Shown here in pieces: positions 33,201 through 43,978 of a DNA stretch of 64,000 nucleotides. Made by a program: the position numbers and the translations under genes. Source of the stretch: Cyanidioschyzon merolae (taxonomy: Eukaryota); assembly GCA_000091205.1 (NCBI GenBank), contig AP006491.2; one strand, 5' to 3'. Under the pieces are notes generated by a model. It saw nothing but the letters and a program-made list of their open reading frames with translations. It had not been told where the DNA came from and did no database searches. Within the stretch, counting starts at the first letter, position 1; each line of letters opens with the position of its first letter.

Positions 33201-34680
33201 ATACGTCGTCCATCCGGCGCCGGCGATGACTTTTCGACGGCATGCTTTGAAACAGAGGGTTCGAAAATTTTGAAGAATCCGTGATCTGAGCATGCCATAC
33301 GTAAGGCAAGGACAAGGCCGAGGGGTCGTACCCATGCATGGGATTATGATATCGATTCCCTGATGAACCCGTGCTCGTGTTCGTCGTGAACCATCTTGAT
33401 CCCGGTGACCTAAAGAATTCCAACGGCGTCGAAGAAGCCTCTCCAAAACGAATGCCGAAAATCCTGAAACGACGTATCAATTCATTAGCCCTTATTGCTG
33501 GACTTCGAGGTTCGATGCGCAACATCTATACAAGCTCGGAAAGTGATCGAAATGCTCGAACAGAGCGAGCTTCTCATTGTTCCATTTTCATTTGATACAA
33601 GTGTCAGCAGCAATGTTCTCATCCGAGGCGATCAGTGCATCGGGGATGTCCACCGCGGCGCTTGGCGATCCGCTGGGATTTATCCGTACATCGGGCGAGC
33701 AATCTTTTACCCAGAGACTTAGGATCCAAGGTTACAGACACATCTGGGATGCGCCCGGTAGCATCGTCTACTCACGTATGCCCAATCGTACATGTAATTC
33801 GATTTTCATACAGCGACGTTGTCACCCAAGGCGCTATGTACATCTCAAATGTCCTTGCTGGGTTTTCAAGTCTCGGTGCACTCCGCTGATGACACTGCTC
33901 AACGCGTTCAGTTCAGGCTCTACCAGAGACCAACACGACAATCGCAAGATCAGGTCAGACGCAAGCAATACCAAATGGATACCGTCGAGCTGGCACGCGC
34001 CGTCGCGTGTTCCCGTCGGCTCCAGCACATGCTGCAACAGTAAGTCGCATCGTACAGGGGCGCCATTCGGGCTGCGTTTCGATCGTCTGAGCTATCATTA
34101 CATGACCAGTGCGAGAAACACGAGATTCGCACGATGGCTATGCGTGCTGGTTCCAGCCAGCTCTCAGCGTGGCTGTCGATCTATGTACACGGAACCGGAA
34201 ATGCACATGCGCTCCTTGCGTTGAATACCGAAGCGGTGAGTGAATCCTGCAGTTCACGCTGATACCTCGGTTCTCAATTCCTGATCCATGCGAGCACTCC
34301 AAGACACTATGCACAGCTCCGAGCTTCGCTCATGCCGCGAACCAAGCCCAGTATAACCATCTGCATCCCGAGTCATACGCGGATTCGAAAAAACGAACGA
34401 CGACCTAAGCCGTACCCCCGCATCAGCCTGAACCAGATTCCGAATACAAAGCTTACCATTGTAGAAGGCTGATGCCCTGCACTGAGCGAAACCCAGTAAA
34501 CCCTGACTCAGCATACTCGCGTACACCAGCGAAGGCCTTATGGCGCATGTCCGTGACAAGAGTCGTGTGGCAATGCGCATCCATGCGAACATGCCGTGTG
34601 GAGCTGCGCTGTACCCGCAAGGCTCGATACCGCCGCCATAACCCGGCAGCTACGAAACGTCAGCTCGCCTCGTGTACAAT

Positions 34681-35550
34681 CTACAAATGATTTGTTCCCG
34701 TCCCATGGCAGCGCTTACAGGTCAGCATACCCTTGTGTTGGCAGACGGGGCACGGTCGACACACGGTCGACGGATTTCCAAGACGCTCGCGTGCCTCTGC
34801 GTCACCCGCTTGCGCCCGCTCAACGAGCTGATTCATCTCCTCATAGCTGGGAAACGCGGAAACGTATCGGCAGCCAGCACCGCGACACCACGGGCACTGC
34901 CGCGCGCCCGCGCCGTCGCACCAGATACAGCGATCCATGTAGCTACTGAGCGGCGAGCCGAACCCGTCACTCGGATTCCGCTTTCGCCGGTAATACACAA
35001 CCGAGACTCCCCGCGATGCCGCACTGTCCGCAGCACCCGAGCCGGAACGTCTGCACGTGCAATCGTCAACGTCCTGAGCACAGGAACCGGTCCGTGCCTG
35101 CAGGGTGCTGCCTTCACAAGCACAGTCCGTCACTCCAGCAGCTGAAGCGTCCACAAGCGGTGCACGGTTGCCGGACGGCTGCGGACTCGACTGACTCTCT
35201 GGCGTAGCGGCTCCTGTTTCTGTACCTGTGCTTCTGTTTGGGTTCACCGTACGCGTGCCCGTAAGTACGCTCTGCCGCAGCTCGGACGCGAAGCGTGCCT
35301 GGAAACTAACTTCCGGGTGATACACGCCCGGACGCTCAGCCCACGCCGACAACTCCATCGCCACCGAGACCGCGTCGCGCTCATACGCTCGCTCCAGGCT
35401 GCGCCGCGTCGTCGCCCCGCCCTCGCCCAGCGCTCGTAGCTGCTGCCACCGACTCGAGTATCGACTCCGTTTCTCTACTGTCTGACCATAAATGCGCCAA
35501 CTATGTCTACTCGAAAGAAGTCTATCACCTTTCGTTCCGAGAACAAACAT
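34681..35550 (-). CDS. DnaJ-type zinc-finger (CxxCxGxG x4) protein, BSD2-like
   Basis: C-terminal 'CIWCDGAG...CPWCRGAG...CPVCQHKG...CKRCHGTG' gives four CxxCxGxG repeats typical of the DnaJ cysteine-rich domain, in a small non-J-domain protein. The track start at 35574 is GTG; ATG at 35550. Confidence 0.6.
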   Translation of the reverse strand: MFVLGTKGDRLLSSRHSWRIYGQTVEKRSRYSSRWQQLRALGEGGATTRRSLERAYERDAVSVAMELSAWAERPGVYHPEVSFQARFASELRQSVLTGTRTVNPNRSTGTETGAATPESQSSPQPSGNRAPLVDASAAGVTDCACEGSTLQARTGSCAQDVDDCTCRRSGSGAADSAASRGVSVVYYRRKRNPSDGFGSPLSSYMDRCIWCDGAGARQCPWCRGAGCRYVSAFPSYEEMNQLVERAQAGDAEARERLGNPSTVCRPCPVCQHKGMLTCKRCHGTGTNHL

Positions 35551-36289
35551 TGTCGTTCCCTCGGAGCTGTGCACAAAACACCGAACACTTTTGAAATGCT
35601 AGCAACTTTAGAAGCAACTGCAGAGGCGTTCACCACAATGTCAACGGAAGCCGCTACCCGCGAACGGTGATGGCGCTCTTGCCGGCAAAGCGCCTCCGTC
35701 AAAACGCCGCCATCACCGCTGACGCGCGTCGCCATCTCCATCGACACGCCATCGATCGCCAAGATCTTACACCACGCAGCGGCCTGCGTTACCCCGAGCT
35801 GGGCGCTTGGTATCAGTGCACGGTGTAGCATCCATCGACCGACGCCCAAGCCCCATAACCGATACTTCTGCTCGGATATACTGGTTGCTTTGTAGGTTCT
35901 ATCGTGCGCCAAGTGTGTGTCGTGAGCGTCCGCGGCAGCGCCCATAGCGCCGGTGCGGTCGCTGCACGGAGACAGAACATCGTTTCCGTACCACTGAGGG
36001 CGTCGGATCAAGGAATGCTACGCCTGACACGGACTCGGGGCTGGTTATCATTCTGGGAGCCTGCAAGCTACACATACAGAAATACTGCCTGGGGAAGCGC
36101 GAAAAATGATATGCTTGGAGTCCACTAGGAACAACGCGACGCCCAAACGCACACGAAACACCTCCAGTCCCAGAATGAAATGCCTTGCGTACGAGTTGCT
36201 CAGATCTCGCTGAAGCGTCCGTCGCTGGGCAAATCATGAAGCACAATCCTGGTAACTCGTCCGGCTCGCAGGAGCTTCCGCCTAGGAGA

Positions 36290-39105
36290 TAAACTTTCGG
36301 CAATGCGGAAAGCTTTTCGACTTTTAAAGATAACCGTGGTGGCGGAAAGAAATCCTTTTCTCGTTATTACTAGGTGTCTAGTTTCTGTTCTTTTTTTCTA
36401 AAGTGCGCTCGATACGCGCACCTCTATATCTGGCAGGCATCAGACACGACGCGCATGCCGCCGTTGAAGGAAAACGCTATTCTGATCCTTCGCGTGTTGT
36501 TCTAAACTACAAGATGCATTTGCGTTAGAGCCCCAGCAAAGTATAGATTTTAGTTCTAGTGTGTTTCAACCCTAAGATTAACGTATGCAAGAGTTTTTCG
36601 CGGTTTATAACGGAAGCGTTCAAAATGCGTTCATTTTCAAAAATCAACATATACAGGAATTTTATGGGGATGCAGGTCGAGGACCCTGGGAGCACCGCTG
36701 TCGCCGACTGCCGGAAGAAAACCAAAACCAATGCCGAACCCAGAGGAACAAGACGACACCAAGGAGCAAAAGCGTGAGGCTCGGCGTCAGAAGCTGCGAG
36801 AAAGTCGACACTACCACGAGATAATTGTGAACGCATGTCTACTTGGACATACCAAGAATCCGTACAAGGAAAGGTTGCGGGACGCCATCAGAAACCGTAA
36901 CGAGTCGTACTCCAGGGGCATTATAAAGGCTTCGTCAGGGCTGATGCATTCGGTGGAGACGTATCGCGACGTGACGCACATCAAAACAGTCGAGGTTCCG
37001 GAGGAGGTTTTCGACAGGACCTTCATTAGGCACCTAATGCTTGGCAGAGAAGGAACCTCGATGAGAAATGAGCGAGTGCATGCCCTCCATGAAAACTGCG
37101 GCGAACAGCGCTTCAACGGTACTCGGTACGGCGAGAACTGGAAGATTTGCTGGTACGGGACGATGGAGTACCTCAGGAACCTGAAGAACCATTTGAACGT
37201 GAACCTCGGACGTTTCATGATACGCTCTATTTTTTTCGCTGTATCCGGGTCTCTCTCGCAAAGGGATATGGATCATCATCGATGGCATCTTTAACGATCG
37301 TAAGAATGAAGAGGAGATCGACTTTGGCGACTAGTAGACATCACGCTGGAGAAGGAATGCGGCTTCTGTAATCCGTACGGCTATTCAAGAGCACCGTGCG
37401 GTCTTGGCGCTGGCGAATCCAGTAGAAAAGATATCAGAGTTGAAAAAAGATGAAATGTACGTTATGCCCTCATCCTCCGCAATTTCGTGTTTTTGGACCG
37501 AGAACTCGAACGCAAAGCGGAGCTGAAGCTGAGTGAGTGGACAAATGACGAATCGGAGACACGGAAGGGTGCCCTAATGGGGAAGCGCTTCAACGTCGTT
37601 CCGTTGTGCAACATCAAGTCGCACTTTGTGAGTATCGACTCTGGCGTCCTTTACTGCATCAAGAAGGAGATCTGTCCGGAGTTCGATGTAAGGAAGATAG
37701 AGTTCACCGGCGAGAACCGGGAGACGTGCTGGAAGATCATCTTCGATTTCAAAAGTGTCAGATTGCGCAAGAAAACGGTATGCACTGGGATTATCGAAAG
37801 CGAATGGGTATGCATATGTGTTCACAACAGGCGCTTGAAGGTAAATCATCTTGTTCCGTCTTCGTTGGCGCCCTCGGCGAAGCGTGAAGAAAACAACGAG
37901 ACGCGCTCTGGAACACATGATCCGCAGGAGAGCGACTCTGTCGCTGGCGCGGACCCTGGGAATACGAACATCGTGACCATCGCTGCACCTTTTGTTGGGT
38001 AGATGGCAATGACCGCAACCTACGTCAGAAAGACATGCGTGTTCTAAAGTTCTCAGGAGCGAGGTACTATCGAGAATCGGGAATAATGAATGCGAGGAAG
38101 AAAACAGAGAAATGGAACGCAGAAGTGCAAGAGCACCTGGTAGCGATCAGCCAGGTGACGAAGCGCGGAGCGAACTTTCGAGCTTTTCTGGAGTTCATGA
38201 AAATTCTTGCTGCTGATGACGAGGCGCATTGGAAAGCGTATCCAAAAGCCCAGGTAAGCCCGTCAGCGTTTGAATCTGTACAGAGGGAAGCAGCGTACAT
38301 TCGTCACCTTTTCAATGAGTTGAGCGCCCTCAAAGAGCATGAAAGTCAAAGGCTCGTGGTGGCAAACTGAGCAGGGCGTCGGGTGCCCTGCCCAAAGGGT
38401 GTACACCAGCCCCGTCGACATGAGCGTACAACGAATGCGCACAGCGTTTTCACACCATACCGATGGATGAGTTCCGAGCATCCTATACACACCATGCATT
38501 GGGTTGTACGCTTCAGAGGGTCGATATGGAAAAGTGTCAGCGGAGCCCTGAGGGTGTAAAAAAGTCCGGAGCGCTGACGGTACAGCGAATGGAACCGAGG
38601 GCGCAAGTTCGAGGACTGCTTGCATTCGTAAGTACAAGCAATGATGGCAAGAAACGTATGCAGTTTGTGAACCAAGACTTTCATGCCGCTATCAATACCA
38701 GACGAGGAGTTTTCATGAACATGAGACCCGCAGCGCAGACAGAATCCAACTTTGTGGGGCCACCTCCCAAAGCTGCGTTCTACAAGGAGAAGCTGAAACC
38801 GACAGCGGACGGCGGGTCCATGAAAAACGCTACGAGCCGTCTGTTTGTGGGCGCACCAGTACACCGCACATAGGCGCGAGACATTTTTTGCTCTGCAGGT
38901 CACATATATTGGCGCTCATCAAACGTCGAGGCTGGATATCTACATCAAATTCGCAAAAAATACTCAAGACAGGAACAGAGCGAGCAGATGCATGTTCCAG
39001 TTTAGACAAAAGCGAAAGTAGGGTGCTGCGCGCTCGACCACTCGTCTACCGGTATACGAGTCCGAGGAACGAGCCTGCACCGGGGAAAGCTCGTGCCAAA
39101 ACAAC
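36290..39105. mobile_element. AT-richer (~48-50% GC by eye versus ~58-60% around it) inserted island carrying TnpB/Fanzor-like ORFs; putative transposon or Fanzor-associated element
   Basis: Abrupt composition shift. All substantial ORFs (36731-37294, 37487-38002, 38035-38370, 38463-38873) are on the + strand, opposite to both flanking host genes. The block lies between the DnaJ-ZnF gene and the UBA1 3' end. Confidence 0.55.
36731..38873 (+). pseudogene. TnpB/Fanzor-like RuvC nuclease, split over 4 ORFs in 3 frames (pseudogene or intron-containing gene)
   Basis: RuvC-I-like 'VAGADPGNTNIVTIA' at the end of ORF 37487-38002 (TnpB/Fanzor consensus (I/V)DxGxxNxxT; Fanzors often 'IDPG'). 'RVYTSPVD' (the YTS motif that precedes the Zn finger in TnpB) at ~38395-38420 in another frame. 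RuvC-III-like 'FVNQDFHAAINTRRG' (consensus DxNAAxNIxxxG) at ~38680-38725. Order and ~240-aa spacing fit TnpB. The Zn-finger cysteines are degenerate. GT-AG-like sites 'CAGgtaagc' at 38250 and 'gtaag' at 37306. Confidence 0.45.
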
Positions 39106-39111
39106 GCACCC

Positions 39112-42100
39112 TTACCGACGAAAACGATAGCGTACAAATGGTACCTCAACTTCCTCACCAGTGGAGGCATCTTCTGCCATGACTTCGAAAACCAGGAAGC
39201 GGTCCTTGTCGGTCAGTTGTATTTTTCCAACGGCTTGCGCAAGCTCAGTAAGCGGCGTCGCGCGGCGTTCCGCGGCCTTTTTCGGTGCTAACCAGCCTGA
39301 AAAGAGGATCGCAACGCCACACGACATCATGCTGATATGGAGACCAAGCTCGCGCTCAAAATGCTCCATGAACTCGGCCAACGTCAGATCGTGTCCATTT
39401 CCATCTACCTCGATACGATCCCACAGCGAGAACGTACGGTTACCGCTGGGTGACATGGGCTGCAACGGGGCCTGGATTGGTTCGCTAAAGTTGAAAAGTG
39501 AAAGTGCCAGGTTCACGTAGCTGTTGCGGAAGCGCTCGAGCACCTTGACGCGATCGACGAGCGGGACGCTCGTTCCGTTCGTCACAGCGGAGCTCGTGCT
39601 GATCGCGGAGAAACTCGAAGCTGAAAGCGCCCGTGGATTCGTCCTCAAGATCGGACGGATCTGAGCGAGCTTGTAGATCTCGAGACACACGAGCCCTGCC
39701 ACCAGCGCGGTACTCGTGGCAATCGCGGGTATGATTCGCCCCGCGATGCCTCGTGACTTGTGCTTGTCCGCCAGCGGTATCCCATAATTCAAAGCGCGCA
39801 AATTGCTCGCAGCGGTGACGAAATCCATGTCCCAGCGATCCTCGTCGTCTTTCTCGAACTCCAACGGATAGAGGGACAAGCTGGCAAATGATTCGGGTGG
39901 CGGCAAGCGCGCCAACAGCTGCTCAATGCGTTGTTGGTCGACATTGGCGGTCACAGCGGCGCCGCTTGCTTGCGCCTCCTCCTCAGAAGCGGCAATCTTG
40001 ACACCAGAACTCGGTTGGAAAGCAGGTACCGAAACATTCGCAACGATCGCTCGTACCTGCTCGCGATCTGTGCAGAGAGGTATTCCGAACGTCTCTGCGC
40101 GCAGGTTTGCCGCCGCTACAATGAACTCAAGGTGCAACGGATCTGCAGGATCGAAACGAAGCGGCGTCGGCGCCCGTTTCGTCCCGCTCCAAAATGGCTG
40201 TCCCGAGCTGTCAACCATATCTGGCGGAAACGCGTGAAGTAGCTGGCGAATATTGTTGACGTAGAGTTCTTCGAACTTGTTGCGCGCCCAAACCACGCAG
40301 TCCTTGAAGTTTTGCGGGCGATACGTCTGCAGGTTCTCAAGTACGTTCTCCAAAGCTCCAGAAAATATGCCGGGTCCCTGTTTCTCTAGCTCTGCGATGT
40401 ACTCAGAGCCTCGCTCCAGGTACTGCTTGGTATCCTCGATGGAGGCCTTGAAGAGGCCCTCAAACAAATCGCGAGCCCATTGAAGCGTATGTTCGATTCT
40501 GTAGGGGAAATTTTTCAGCGTACACATGGGAATGCTTCGCTCCGGCGGGTCGCGCGACGATCCGTATGACTCGGTGAGATAGGGAACCACCACTTGGGTG
40601 CTGCCTTTGGTGCCTAGCGTGCCGGAATCCAGCAGAGGTTTCAGATAGTAAACGCAGCGCTGATCGATATATAAACGAGCGTCAACATTATCCAAGGCCG
40701 TGCAAACCCCATCGAGCGGCTCCCAGAAATCATCGCTGAAGACATGCTCGGTGTCCGGTCCAACGCGCATCTCGAGCGCTCGAACGTTGAGCTCCGGATT
40801 CAGCCGCAGAGCGGCATCGCGTGCCGCCAGGGACTTGCTGCGGCCAATGTCGGTTGCTCGGAAGAGAAACTGCCGATTCAGATTGCTCCGTTCTATCGTG
40901 TCCATATCGGTAATTGCAATCGATCCACCATGACTCGCGAGTCCCAGTCCCATGCACGCCCAACATTTGAGGAGCTCTGCAGCAATCGCTCCGGCCCCAA
41001 CACAAAAGTAGGCCAGATCGTGAATCGTATCCTGCAACGCACGGCCAAAGACTGCAATCTGTCCGTCATAGCGTGTCCCCCGGGGAGCGCACTCCAGCTC
41101 GTTTGGCAACGGCGTCGGTAACGCCTCCATGGCGTTGAACGAAAAGATCTGGTGAATGGGGGTAAACTTGCCGGTGACTGCCTTGAGAACCTCCTGTGCG
41201 GCGATCCCACCAAGAATCGATGCCATCGGAGCGAGCTCCCCGTATACGGTTCTGACAAACGCGTTAAGCAATGCATCGTGCTTTTCTTGAATATCGGCGG
41301 GTAGCATGCGCTTGAACGCCGCAACTTCAGCCTCAGTACCAGGCGCAGGCAACCGTCCGAATTTTGATAGAGCCTGAAACATGGCATGCAATGCAAAGGT
41401 TCGCTCCTCATTCATAAAGTCCAGCGATGCAAACCAATTCGGGTCCACCACGTCTGAGAGCGTGGCGCTCTCTGGATCCCATGTCGACGCTGCCATTCTA
41501 TACAGCAGCTCAACCGGGTGAAAGTGCACCGTGCGGGGTACTTTCACTTCAGTGACGATGCCACCCCGTCGGTAGACGCCGGCCTCACGGGTGTCAGCGT
41601 CAATCACAAAAGTATACGGACTCGTGATCTGAACGACACGAAACATCCGGTTGGGTTCATTGAACATGGGCATTCCGTCCACCTCGGTGAACATGACATA
41701 CATTCCTTCCTCCAGGTCATGCCGCTGATCATCGAGGCAGGTGACGCACGCCTTTTCCTCATTCGAAATATGGCTGATATGCGCGGATCGTGGCTCCTCT
41801 CCGTTGTCATCGATAACTGTATGGGCGTCGCCAAAATCGTTGAGGACGTAGCCGAATACTCCTCGTGACTGAACGATCGTCAGTGGCACCCTAACCGATC
41901 GGCAGACGCGATCGAGCTCGATGTGCCTATCGATGGAGAGCTCGTTCACTAGCACAACTGCTGCAAACCCACGAATACGATCTGGATCAATGAGTTCCGC
42001 CCAGGACGCCGCGTCCTCCGTGTACACGTGACAGTACGGGTTCAGCTCCACTAGGTGCGGTACCACGACCGTATGAAGTGGTGTCCCCAGCAGTGACGCA

Positions 42101-42378
42101 TCGCAAGCGTAAAAATTGGCGGCCATATGCTGCAAAGCTAGTGGTGCTGGATCATAGACGTGGAGCGCATGGAAGCCAGCCAGCGCCAGGTCTTTCGCGA
42201 TCTCCGTTCCCGTCCCTGTGAGTCCAATCACCAGCACTGAAGCTCCTGCGAGGCGACGTTGCGCCTCGTGACCCAGCACGTACAGTTGACGCGAGTACAG
42301 GGACTCGTCTATGGCCCCGCTCTCTGCTTGCGTGCGCGACACGCGTTCCGGTGGGACAGAGTCCCCCAGCCGCAACAT
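39112..42378 (-). CDS. UBA1: ubiquitin-activating enzyme E1
   Basis: 'YSRQLYVLGHEAQRRL' (E1 N-terminal hallmark). Two ThiF/MoeB folds ('VLVIGLTGTGTEIAKDLALAG' and 'YFCVGAGAIAAELLKCWACMGLG'). Catalytic-Cys region 'PMCTLKNFPYRIEHTLQWAR'. C-terminal UFD. The track start at 42552 is GTG; the first ATG is at 42378, 25 codons before YSRQLY. About 1089 aa in one ORF. Confidence 0.9.
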   Translation of the reverse strand: MLRLGDSVPPERVSRTQAESGAIDESLYSRQLYVLGHEAQRRLAGASVLVIGLTGTGTEIAKDLALAGFHALHVYDPAPLALQHMAANFYACDASLLGTPLHTVVVPHLVELNPYCHVYTEDAASWAELIDPDRIRGFAAVVLVNELSIDRHIELDRVCRSVRVPLTIVQSRGVFGYVLNDFGDAHTVIDDNGEEPRSAHISHISNEEKACVTCLDDQRHDLEEGMYVMFTEVDGMPMFNEPNRMFRVVQITSPYTFVIDADTREAGVYRRGGIVTEVKVPRTVHFHPVELLYRMAASTWDPESATLSDVVDPNWFASLDFMNEERTFALHAMFQALSKFGRLPAPGTEAEVAAFKRMLPADIQEKHDALLNAFVRTVYGELAPMASILGGIAAQEVLKAVTGKFTPIHQIFSFNAMEALPTPLPNELECAPRGTRYDGQIAVFGRALQDTIHDLAYFCVGAGAIAAELLKCWACMGLGLASHGGSIAITDMDTIERSNLNRQFLFRATDIGRSKSLAARDAALRLNPELNVRALEMRVGPDTEHVFSDDFWEPLDGVCTALDNVDARLYIDQRCVYYLKPLLDSGTLGTKGSTQVVVPYLTESYGSSRDPPERSIPMCTLKNFPYRIEHTLQWARDLFEGLFKASIEDTKQYLERGSEYIAELEKQGPGIFSGALENVLENLQTYRPQNFKDCVVWARNKFEELYVNNIRQLLHAFPPDMVDSSGQPFWSGTKRAPTPLRFDPADPLHLEFIVAAANLRAETFGIPLCTDREQVRAIVANVSVPAFQPSSGVKIAASEEEAQASGAAVTANVDQQRIEQLLARLPPPESFASLSLYPLEFEKDDEDRWDMDFVTAASNLRALNYGIPLADKHKSRGIAGRIIPAIATSTALVAGLVCLEIYKLAQIRPILRTNPRALSASSFSAISTSSAVTNGTSVPLVDRVKVLERFRNSYVNLALSLFNFSEPIQAPLQPMSPSGNRTFSLWDRIEVDGNGHDLTLAEFMEHFERELGLHISMMSCGVAILFSGWLAPKKAAERRATPLTELAQAVGKIQLTDKDRFLVFEVMAEDASTGEEVEVPFVRYRFRR

Positions 42379-43978
42379 GCTTGTCCGGCGGTTTTTCCAA
42401 CTACCCGAAGGCGACTCACCGTCAGGGCCCCGTAACAGACGTTTGCTTCCGGTTCCCGTCTTGACGCTTTTCGCTTTTTCGCACAAACCTGCGCACAAAT
42501 ACAGCTGAAGACGACGCCTGCCGCTGATCGCTTTGTCGACTTTGTTCACCACCGTTTAGGGCAAGCGAGCAACCTAACCAGCTTATGAGACGTCCCAGAG
42601 CAACTTTTCCGTTCAAACGCTTGTCACCTGAGCACTTCCCCGATGAACTATGGGCACACAGTCAATTTAGACGATCCTGAACACAACGTCAGTCCCGAAC
42701 ATGCACCTGCACTCATTCGGCGCACGCAGGCAACGCACCGACTCCTGTCGTCACGCTGGCAGCGCTGGCGCCGCCTTTCGGGCGCGCGCTGCGGCGATTG
42801 CGTGCGGCTGTCGATGATGCGTGACAGCGCATTCGTGGCGTGGCACGACGCGCGGGAACATTCGCACATTCACCACCACAAACGCACACACGCATATCCC
42901 GTATGCATGCCACACACGTCTTGCTATTTTGGAAGACTGCAGAAGGCAGGCAGCGTGCCTCATATGCCGGCACGAAACCGGTGATCAGCAACGAGACGTC
43001 AACGCTCCCGCAGACGTTTTTCTCGCATGAATACCAGTCCAGTGGCACTCTGGGGACAAAGTGCTTGAGCGATCAGATGGCGTCCCTGGTGCCGAGTCTC
43101 CGGCAGATGCCGCACCGAGCCAGGGCCGCGCTCCTCTGCCTGCGCAGGTGACGGATCGAGGCATGCCGGGCAAGTCCGCCGTCGACGCCGCAGGAACATG
43201 AACAGGCGATGCCGAGCGCGTCCATCAGATTTTTTGTGGCGGATGACTGAAGAACCTGATGAAAACTCCCCGGATGCGCGTGCGCTACAAGCGATCAGGG
43301 CAGAGACCGCATCACCTCAAGGGATGCGATGAGGCGCTATGAGTCCCAGAATGGTGCGCTCCTCAGGCGTATCGGCTTGATGGGTCGTGTGTAATCTCCC
43401 GGATACCGAGGATGCCTCACAGGTATGCTGTGGTGCCCCAACTGTCGCCCTGCAGCGACAGATGGGCATTCCGATTCGTGTCCAGGCGTCGTTTCATGGG
43501 CAGGTGGCCAGGTGCGTATGCAGGAGCACGGCGACTATTACGTGCAGCGGGCACCGAGGACCACTGGAATGATCGCGCTTGCTTGCGTGGCGCGTATCAG
43601 AGGACGGGCGCGAGTCTTCTGGTATAGACCTGATCCAGAGGTAACGATTATTCCACACGAATGAACCTGGACTAGATGCACTGCGTAACAACCGTCCGCT
43701 TACGGGCTCTGTGCACACTTTCGTCCATCGTTGCATACCGGAACAGCAGAACAGTAGTGTCCGAAATCATCCATGTTTCGAAGCCGCTGCACGCAGAACT
43801 GAATGACTCGAGACTGTGCCGCCGGAACGCCCCTTCAAGCGCAGCATTGCCATACGAGTGCACCGGTGTACGTCAAGCGCGCTGTGCCCCCGCGTCTCTC
43901 TCCATTCCATGAGGACAGAACGACAACATCCCGAAATCGTCCTTGCCCTAGTAGAGAGGCCGCGCGAACAAGCGGATC

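Noticed and set aside
42379-42552. 5' extensions of track ORFs (UBA1 to 42552, CNNM to 14972, 25780, VanZ 46677, DHCR7 24761, GUK1 55762)
   Set aside because: The listed first codons are GTG or TTG when read from the sequence. The extensions lack protein-like composition. I trimmed to the first in-frame ATG.
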